Positions 7,827-13,071 of a stretch of DNA of 13,071 bases are shown here, piece after piece. This stretch comes from Aulosira sp. ZfuVER01. GTDB taxonomy: Bacteria > Cyanobacteriota > Cyanobacteriia > Cyanobacteriales > Nostocaceae. The stretch lies in assembly GCA_034530615.2 (NCBI GenBank), contig JAVRCV020000014.1, positions 1 to 13,071 on the forward strand. Reading direction: 5' to 3'. Positions within the stretch are counted from its first letter, which is position 1, and each line of letters begins with the position of its first letter. The position numbers were made by a program, and so were the translations under genes. The notes under the pieces are model-generated. The model did no database searches and was not told the DNA's origin. It saw nothing but the letters and a program-made list of their open reading frames with translations.

Positions 7827-8216
7827 CTAAAACCCGTCAGGGATACCGCTATCTGTGGCAGTATCCCCAGCTTCAAAAGGGATATCGTCTATGCTGGGTT
7901 CCTGCCCGGTTGAGTTATCTTGTGATGGTTGGAGTTTTTCTAGTTCAGCCTTGGTTTGTTCGAGTTTTGAAATCTCTCGCTTGAGGTTGTACACCTGGTC
8001 GTCTAGTTGGTTTCTTTTGGCTTCCAAGTCCAAAATCTCTTTTTGAAACTGCTTACCAATCTGGGAACGGATGTTACGCTCAACCAATTCCATTAGATGC
8101 AAAATTGCCTCATCCTCATCATCTCCTTGGGCAACTTCACCAAACAACTCTAGGTGCTTATTTTCGTAGTTCCCCAGGTTTAAAACCCGTTTGTAACTGA
8201 TGCTTTTAAGTTGCAT
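7827..8216 (-). CDS. Hypothetical coiled-coil protein with acidic DDIPF-containing tail (129 aa)
   Basis: N-terminal alpha/beta segment (LNLGNYE), heptad-rich middle, acidic tail. Confidence 0.8.
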   Translation of the reverse strand: MQLKSISYKRVLNLGNYENKHLELFGEVAQGDDEDEAILHLMELVERNIRSQIGKQFQKEILDLEAKRNQLDDQVYNLKREISKLEQTKAELEKLQPSQDNSTGQEPSIDDIPFEAGDTATDSGIPDGF

Positions 8217-8292
8217 AATTTACCCTGTACACGTTTCAAGTCTTTGAATCAAACGCGATCGCATTTTTGAAGTGCGATCGCAAAAAATTGAG

Positions 8293-8481
8293 TTATCCTT
8301 GAACCTCAACCGGTTGCTTGTCGAAAGCTACACAAAACAAGACACCAGGATTTAGCCTGCGTAAAATGCTCATATAAGATTCAGCGTCAGTTCGAGTGCG
8401 AAAACGATTAACGCAGACATTCTTAACTGTTGTTTCACAGCGAAAAACAGCCCACGGTTTAAGGTCAGCGCGATAAGTCAT
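8293..8481 (-). CDS. Small hypothetical protein (62 aa)
   Basis: MTY...PW...RFR.R.DA......LRRL.P...F...FD pattern, which I recall from small Nostocales hypothetical proteins; first clear gene of the leftward operon. Confidence 0.75.
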   Translation of the reverse strand: MTYRADLKPWAVFRCETTVKNVCVNRFRTRTDAESYMSILRRLNPGVLFCVAFDKQPVEVQG

Positions 8482-8615
8482 AATTTAATTTCCAATTTTT
8501 CAAAAAAGGCCAGCGTCAAGCTACACCAAGCTGACGCTGGTGTTCCATACGTTTGACTGACAGAAGAATGACTCCAGGTTGGAGGAAAGCGCCAGCTGTA
8601 ACACTGGCGAATCAT
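8478..8615 (-). CDS. Possible 45-aa leader ORF (MIRQCYSWRFPP...FFEKLEIKL), not in the ORF track
   Basis: Open frame whose TGA overlaps the ATG of 8293..8481 (ATGA); it spans a terminator-like hairpin. Confidence 0.3.
   Translation of the reverse strand: MIRQCYSWRFPPTWSHSSVSQTYGTPASAWCSLTLAFFEKLEIKL
8502..8540 (-). terminator. Terminator/attenuator in the leader of the leftward operon
   Basis: CCAGCGUCA-(13 nt)-UGACGCUGG-CC-UUUUUU on the minus strand, ~20 nt before the 62-aa gene. Confidence 0.6.
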
Positions 8616-8731
8616 GGTTTAATTTTGAATTCACAACTGAGTAGAGATTAGCGTCTAAATTTATACCTCCATAGAGACAGCATGACTGTGCAGCGCCGGG
8701 TGAAGGGAAAGCGCTATGTGATTGTTATGTG

Positions 8732-8800
8732 ACTGCGAACATTACATAGTTAACTGCGAACATTGCACAGTTAACTCCGATGATTACGCAGTTAACTCCG
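8732..8800. repeat. 21-bp tandem repeat (3 units plus a partial)
   Basis: actgcgaacattacatagtta / actgcgaacattgcacagtta / actccgatgattacgcagtta / actccg. Confidence 0.85.
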
Positions 8801-8938
8801 CGCCAATGACCAATAACTATTGACCATTGACTCTGGACTTTTGACTTAGGGTGTTTCCGCGCCGGGCACTTTGGCAAGTGGTGCGGGTGCTTGCTCCAGA
8901 ACAACACGCAAGGTTTAGGCGTGGGGGAGCTTGTTGTT

Positions 8939-9021
8939 TTGTTCTACCAAACAAGTTAATATTATATTGTTCTACGAAACCAGTCAACATTTCGTAGAAC
9001 AATATATTTTTTTTGTTCTAC
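8939..9021. promoter_or_regulatory. Operator array in the divergent promoter region (TTGTTCTAC x4, including a 15-bp perfect inverted repeat)
   Basis: TTGTTCTAC at 8939, 8967 and 9013, inverted at 8994-9002. tattgttctacgaaa (8965-8979) / tttcgtagaacaata (8990-9004). Immediately upstream of the RHH gene. Confidence 0.7.
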
Positions 9022-9035
9022 AATTGGAAAAAGTA

Positions 9036-9446
9036 ATGATAAAAGAGAATGCCGAGACCCAAGATATTAGCGGAAGATGCGATAAACGCATCAATCAGGA
9101 TCAGCCGAGCGGATTGGGAGAAGTTAGAGACGATAGCTCAATCAATAGGCTTAAAGAGCAAAGCGGATCTGCTGCGAGCGATTGCACAGGGGGAGATACG
9201 TATCGGGCAAATGTCGAATACGGAGACAGCCCTGCTGGGAAACTCCTAAGTCGTCTAGAGTTGTTGGAGAAAGCTTTTTATGGTTACGTGCATGGTCATC
9301 AAGAGCGACTCAAGACACGCTACAAAGAGAGTACAGAACTAGAATCTGCTTTCACAGAAGAATTACAAGTGATTAAGCAAGGGCTTCGTGATTTAGCGCA
9401 ACAAGTCGAAGACGACTCAGAATTAAACAACAATGAAAAACCATAA
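9036..9446 (+). CDS. Overlapping frame with C-terminal coiled-coil; expressed from ATG 9036 or by -1 frameshift from the RHH gene
   Basis: The part after 9240 (KLLSRLELLEKAFYGYV...LRDLAQQVE) looks like a real helical protein, while the part overlapping the RHH gene does not. G_GGA_AAC heptamer at 9237-9243. Confidence 0.6.
   Translation: MIKENAETQDISGRCDKRINQDQPSGLGEVRDDSSINRLKEQSGSAASDCTGGDTYRANVEYGDSPAGKLLSRLELLEKAFYGYVHGHQERLKTRYKESTELESAFTEELQVIKQGLRDLAQQVEDDSELNNNEKP
9049..9249 (+). CDS. Ribbon-helix-helix (CopG/Arc-like) DNA-binding protein
   Basis: MPRPK... then beta-strand ASIRIS, helix RADWEKLETIAQSIG, turn, helix SKADLLRAIAQG. Confidence 0.8.
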   Translation: MPRPKILAEDAINASIRISRADWEKLETIAQSIGLKSKADLLRAIAQGEIRIGQMSNTETALLGNS

Positions 9447-9479
9447 GCCGTCCTGCCTGCATGGGTGAGGGCGGTTTTT
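9447..9479 (+). terminator. Intrinsic terminator
   Basis: gccgtcct...agggcggt stem followed by a T-run, directly after the 9446 stop. Confidence 0.6.
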
Positions 9480-9537
9480 AATGGGCATCGCTCCTCACCT
9501 CAAAGTGCGATCGCCAATGACCAATGACAAATGACAA

Positions 9538-9804
9538 ATGACTAACCAAACCCAAGCCCAAATCGAAGCAGCCATTGAAACACTCAAGGATGCTAAAAAC
9601 GCCGCCATCACATCGCTATACGAATTTGTGGATTTTGTACGCACCATTGATTCTGAATTAACTCCCAGTGAAGCATTGATCATCACTGGATACGTATTGC
9701 ATGAATTACCAGAATTGTTTAAGAAAAATCCCGGTCTGGTAAATCAAATCCAAGAGATAGCAACAAAATTAAAACTCGAACGCTCAGATATTAGCAACAG
9801 CTAA
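9538..9804 (+). CDS. Hypothetical helical protein (88 aa)
   Basis: Co-oriented in the rightward cluster, protein-like composition; the start is embedded in atgacaa heptamer repeats. Confidence 0.75.
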   Translation: MTNQTQAQIEAAIETLKDAKNAAITSLYEFVDFVRTIDSELTPSEALIITGYVLHELPELFKKNPGLVNQIQEIATKLKLERSDISNS

Positions 9805-9893
9805 CAACCTGATTTTTAATACCTAAAAAATTGAAATGCCTCCTAGAGTTAGCAGCTACTAAGAGGCGATTGGATAAAATCTCTACTCTCATT

Positions 9894-10793
9894 ATGACAT
9901 TAAAAGCATCACAAACTCTGTCACTAAGGACAGAAAAAGAACTGGCATTTTTCCTAGAACAGAACACAATTCCATTGACTCAAGCACTATGGGAATGGAT
10001 AGCATTACAAGGAAAAATCGGTACACAAATAGAAATTGACCTCACGGACTTTGAGCAATTTGTCACTAAACACCGAGGTACAAAATTTGCTCGGTGGTGG
10101 TTGTTAAAACGCTTCAAATGGCTTATCCAACATAGAGTAATCCAAGTAATCAAAGAATTCAGTAGTACAGCTTACAGAATACTTTTAAGACCCTTTGATT
10201 GGTTAAAACCACGTAAAAAAAATTCGCAAAATCACTTGCAAAATCTCAACTCGACTTGCGATTTAACCACCTCAAACGAGCAATCAGCAAGGGACGGGGA
10301 GAACAACAACAACACTTATATTCCTAAGATATCGACTAGCGAACGCCAAGAGTTAAACAAGATACTCGAAATCATCAAGCTTTGCGAACAATATGGTTAT
10401 CAACCATCTGCACCAATTTTTGATTTTTCTATTGACGAACTCAAAGCAAGTTTAGAGCAATGGTCAAGTCAACAGTATGAGGAATTAGAAAGACGCTATG
10501 ACATCCTCAAACTGTGTGCTGAATATGAGATTTACTACCATCCCAACAAAGCAGGCACTCAAGAACTGTTTAATTACCCCATTGAAGAAATCGAATTAGC
10601 TCTAAAACACTTCATCAAAAGCGGTGGATTTGAAAAACGTGCCAACGGTAAACCAATTATTTCTAATCCCCAAGGTTGGTTAATTCGTTGCTTACAGCAA
10701 TCTTGGTGGGAACAAGTGACATTTGGCATTGAGCAATTTCTCAATGTCATGAATGCCTTTTTACCTAAGAACATCCCTAGGGATTATTCCTAA
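9894..10793 (+). CDS. Putative replication-initiator/replisome-organiser-like protein (~299 aa)
   Basis: N-terminal winged-helix-like region, low-complexity linker, internal ~45-aa duplication, C-terminal ISNPQGWLIRCL motif. ATG 9894 is preferred over TTG 9831. The function is inference. Confidence 0.6.
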   Translation: MTLKASQTLSLRTEKELAFFLEQNTIPLTQALWEWIALQGKIGTQIEIDLTDFEQFVTKHRGTKFARWWLLKRFKWLIQHRVIQVIKEFSSTAYRILLRPFDWLKPRKKNSQNHLQNLNSTCDLTTSNEQSARDGENNNNTYIPKISTSERQELNKILEIIKLCEQYGYQPSAPIFDFSIDELKASLEQWSSQQYEELERRYDILKLCAEYEIYYHPNKAGTQELFNYPIEEIELALKHFIKSGGFEKRANGKPIISNPQGWLIRCLQQSWWEQVTFGIEQFLNVMNAFLPKNIPRDYS

Positions 10794-10853
10794 AAGTTAG
10801 TTGAAAAAAATAAGCCGCAAAGCGCGGCTCCATCTACCTATCAAAGGAAAATT

Positions 10854-11054
10854 ATGCCAGATTCATCTTTACTATTCGACCGTCAGCAAATCGAGATTTT
10901 CAAAAACTGGATACGCCGCCGCTTCATAGCAGAAGCCGATTTTCAACAGATGCCAGTAGAATTTGCCCTGGCGTGGTCAGCTGCTCTCAAAGAATTGTCC
11001 CAAACGGTTGCTCATGAGATAGTTCCGTTTCACCGCCGCGGGGGTGAGTCATGA
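10854..11054 (+). CDS. Hypothetical protein (66 aa)
   Basis: AAGGA SD before the ATG; ATGA overlap with the next gene. Confidence 0.7.
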   Translation: MPDSSLLFDRQQIEIFKNWIRRRFIAEADFQQMPVEFALAWSAALKELSQTVAHEIVPFHRRGGES

Positions 11055-11710
11055 GTAAACAGCTAACTTTATTCGACTTGAGTGCGATTACTCCGCCAAC
11101 TACCCAGGTATATGACCCCGCTTGGGATGATGATACAGTTGATTCTCAAATTGCCAGTCAGGGAATTGATAATTCCTCCTCTACTCCTGAGTCACAGTCA
11201 CCACTTGCCCAGGAGTCTTTTTCTCATAACCGTTGGAATCCTGCTGATTTCGGGGAAGTGCCACACAAGGCAGACGGCGATCATCTGACAATTTTCTACG
11301 ATGACACCAACGAACCACCAGATCCAGATGATTATCAAAATCTCACCGATTATGAGCAAGCCTGGCGCGAGTGGCGATTACGTGTTGGGGCGCAAGTAGA
11401 GAGTGATACCCAACTAGACACCGTAGAATTGCTTGTTGGGGCGCAAGTAAATCGTGATACTAAAAAAGTTGCGCCCCAACACGATAAGCAAACTCATTGG
11501 GTAGAAAAGTACTGGGTGCAGCGGGAAGGAAACAAGTACTGGTACTATCGCTACTGCTGGATGACCGGGCGCAAAAAACACCGCCGCTACATTGGCTCAG
11601 TTGAAAGTGCGATCGCAAAAAATCGGAAATTGGAAGTTGAGAGTGCGATCGCGGATGGAGAATCCCCGGCTGAGATTGAAAATCTAATTCGCTCCTGGCG
11701 CAAGTCCTAA
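11051..11710 (+). CDS. Hypothetical mobile-element protein with acidic N-terminus and a basic/aromatic C-terminal beta domain (likely nucleic-acid binding)
   Basis: QLTLFD, EPPDPDDY...YEQAWREW and YWYYRYCW...KKHRRYIG motifs; translationally coupled to the previous gene. Confidence 0.8.
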   Translation: MSKQLTLFDLSAITPPTTQVYDPAWDDDTVDSQIASQGIDNSSSTPESQSPLAQESFSHNRWNPADFGEVPHKADGDHLTIFYDDTNEPPDPDDYQNLTDYEQAWREWRLRVGAQVESDTQLDTVELLVGAQVNRDTKKVAPQHDKQTHWVEKYWVQREGNKYWYYRYCWMTGRKKHRRYIGSVESAIAKNRKLEVESAIADGESPAEIENLIRSWRKS

Positions 11711-12016
11711 AGCCTGTGGATTCTCCTGTAACAACTTCTGCAACTTTCGCAACTCATCCCAGGTGCGAGAGTTAATATCAGGCTCCTTTGACTGTGGAGT
11801 TGCCCGATAATTTTCCTTTCGCCAGGTGATGTATCGGTCGATGGCATCTAATACTATCGCTGCATTGTCTGTTACAAGGCAATTACCCGCATCTAATTGC
11901 CGGGCATATTCTGTAATTGGAAGTTCCAAAACTTCTGGAACGCGAATAACGGTTGTTTTCCCATGCTTCCAACTGTTACCCCAAGTCGTGGTTCTGCGTC
12001 CGCCTTTACTACTCAT
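11684..12016 (-). CDS. Small putative DNA-binding protein (RHH-like; ~110 aa)
   Basis: MSSKGGRRTTTWGNSWKHGKTTVIRVPEVLELPITEYARQLD shows a strand-helix pattern. ATG 12016 is preferred over the ORF-track start. Confidence 0.65.
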   Translation of the reverse strand: MSSKGGRRTTTWGNSWKHGKTTVIRVPEVLELPITEYARQLDAGNCLVTDNAAIVLDAIDRYITWRKENYRATPQSKEPDINSRTWDELRKLQKLLQENPQALGLAPGAN

Positions 12017-12028
12017 GATTGCATCTCT

Positions 12029-12049
12029 ATTGCCTGTTACAAGGCAATT
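12029..12049. promoter_or_regulatory. Palindromic operator-like site, second copy at 11864-11884
   Basis: attgcct-gttaca-aggcaat-t; 20/21 identical to attgtctgttacaaggcaatt at 11864. Confidence 0.55.
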
Positions 12050-12123
12050 TATCATGAAAAATGCGATCGCACTTCTTGGGAATTGGGATGCTTCCAAAGT
12101 GCGATCGCGTAGCAAAAAGCAAA

Positions 12124-12297
12124 TTATGGGTCAATCCTAAGCGATGGCGGGAGTAAATCAGCCTCATATTCATCCCAAGCTTTGTCAGCGATACCTTCTA
12201 GAGATTTGGCTAGCACCCGGGGGTCGTCCATATCCCCATTCAGGATTTGTCCAATTAAATAACCAAGGGACAGTACCAAGTCAGTTTTGTTGATCAT
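12124..12297 (-). CDS. Small acidic hypothetical protein (57 aa; MINKTDLVLSLGYLIGQILNGD...LPPSLRIDP), not in the ORF track
   Basis: Its ATG overlaps the recombinase TGA (ATGA) and it fills the gap to the next gene. Confidence 0.7.
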   Translation of the reverse strand: MINKTDLVLSLGYLIGQILNGDMDDPRVLAKSLEGIADKAWDEYEADLLPPSLRIDP

Positions 12298-12875
12298 AAA
12301 GTGGCGATCGCCCCCTTAATCGCGTCTGGGTCAATGTCGATGTAACGCTCAAGTGCCTTAAAATCCCGATGCCCGGTGATTTTCTTAATTTTGTAGGGGT
12401 CAATGCCGTTGCGGTGCAGTTTTGTTATAAAACTCCGGCGGGTAGTGTGAGTGCTAATTCCCTTACTCGCAAAACTAGCTTTTTCACAAGCTCGTTTGAG
12501 AATGTCATAAGCATTGCGCCAAGTCATCGGCTTAGTTCCATCCCGTCCGGGAAACAGCCAAATGTTATCAGTCTCAGGTTTGTAAGATGCCAACGATTCA
12601 GCCAAAACTTGATGTACAGGCACTTGCCGCGTTTCACGACTGCCATCAGGCCGCTTTTTGCGAGTTGCAGCTCGAAAAGTAATGTATTCCCGTGGCTTGC
12701 CATCATCATCATAAACATCAGCAACTTTTAGCTGAATCAATGCCCCCCACCTTTCCCCCGTGTACCAGCCTAAATCCAAAAGTAATTTGTATTTTTGGGT
12801 TTGAATTTGACGACGTAATTTAGAATATTCCGTGTCAGTGATACAGGCGGCCTGTCCGTGACCGTCAACCTTCAT
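12294..12875 (-). CDS. Small tyrosine recombinase (catalytic domain only; resolvase-like)
   Basis: Catalytic residues TGERWG (R), RKK (K), HTTRR (HxxR), GHRD (H), ERYID (Y). 193 aa, no N-terminal core-binding domain. Confidence 0.93.
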   Translation of the reverse strand: MKVDGHGQAACITDTEYSKLRRQIQTQKYKLLLDLGWYTGERWGALIQLKVADVYDDDGKPREYITFRAATRKKRPDGSRETRQVPVHQVLAESLASYKPETDNIWLFPGRDGTKPMTWRNAYDILKRACEKASFASKGISTHTTRRSFITKLHRNGIDPYKIKKITGHRDFKALERYIDIDPDAIKGAIATL

Positions 12876-12895
12876 TCATTGACCATCCTTTTTCA

Positions 12896-12936
12896 ATGTT
12901 CCGCTTTTACCTCTGTTACAGGTAAAAGTGGAATAT
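12896..12936. promoter_or_regulatory. Inverted repeat with 7-bp spacer upstream of the tyrosine recombinase (candidate res/core site or operator)
   Basis: atgttccgcttttacct-ctgttac-aggtaaaagtggaatat, arms 15/17 complementary; related arms recur at 13009-13035. Confidence 0.6.
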
Positions 12937-13071
12937 CCAAGCTTTCAGCTATTACTAAAAGTAAGCACTATCCTAGTGCTGGCAAGCCTTTCACGTAATC
13001 AGTGAATCTTCTGCTTTTACATAAAACTGGAATATTTACTTTATTTTTGAAGCCGCATAAAACGGATTTAT

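Larger units (their letters stand above)
4922..13071 (-). mobile_element. Integrative element (plasmid/phage-satellite-like) bounded by an IS110 bridge-recombinase module; other end is outside the window
   Basis: Abrupt switch from housekeeping genes to dense small hypothetical ORFs, RHH regulators, a Rep-like gene and a tyrosine recombinase. Guide-matching junction at 4914-4925. Confidence 0.75.

Noticed and set aside
8732..8800. Possible CRISPR array
   Set aside because: The units are contiguous tandem repeats with no unique spacers, and no cas genes are in view.
7649..9002. ORFs 7649..7876, 7855..8046, 8725..8907 and 8817..9002
   Set aside because: They overlap better genes or consist of translated repeats/operator DNA.
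9182..12731. ORFs 9182..9376, 9495..9686, 10574..10774, 11082..11288, 11826..12140, 11897..12112, 12369..12731 and 12524..12724
   Set aside because: Alternate-frame or antisense shadows of better-supported genes.
12999..13011. CAGT-GAAT-CTTC, a weak donor-like site
   Set aside because: Only 5 of 8 flanking bases match and it is on the opposite strand; chance level.
13050..13071. dif/Xer-like half site (agccgcataa-aacggat-ttat)
   Set aside because: Truncated by the window end, so the second arm cannot be evaluated.
4922..13071. Calling the island a complete prophage or conjugative element
   Set aside because: No terminase, capsid, tail, relaxase or T4SS genes are recognisable within the window; they could lie beyond it.

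Overview
Filamentous-cyanobacterial (Nostoc-like) DNA, judged from HIP1 GCGATCGC sites and heptamer STRR repeats. Bases 1-~4917 look chromosomal: a 5'-truncated LRR-Roc-COR-CHAT gene, a YcxB-like membrane protein and miaB. From ~4922 to beyond the window end lies a plasmid/phage-satellite-like integrative element. It has a leftward operon ending in an IS110-family (DEDD/RuvC + Ser) recombinase, a divergent control region with an RHH repressor, a replication-initiator-like gene and a small tyrosine recombinase. The standout feature is the ~270-nt non-coding region upstream of the IS110 gene (minus strand). It holds (i) a complete type I hammerhead ribozyme with a loop II pseudoknot, followed by (ii) a two-loop bridge-RNA-like structure. 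Its four putative guides each follow a CGUU motif and share a GAAU/AUUC core. Two of the guides match 12 bp (GAGT-GAAT-AGAT) at the element/miaB boundary. The matching opposite junction was not found in the window. The inferred system is an RNA-guided IS110 recombinase acting as integrase of a >8-kb element, with its bridge RNA cut out of a polycistronic transcript by a self-cleaving ribozyme. All structures were folded by eye; no searches were run.
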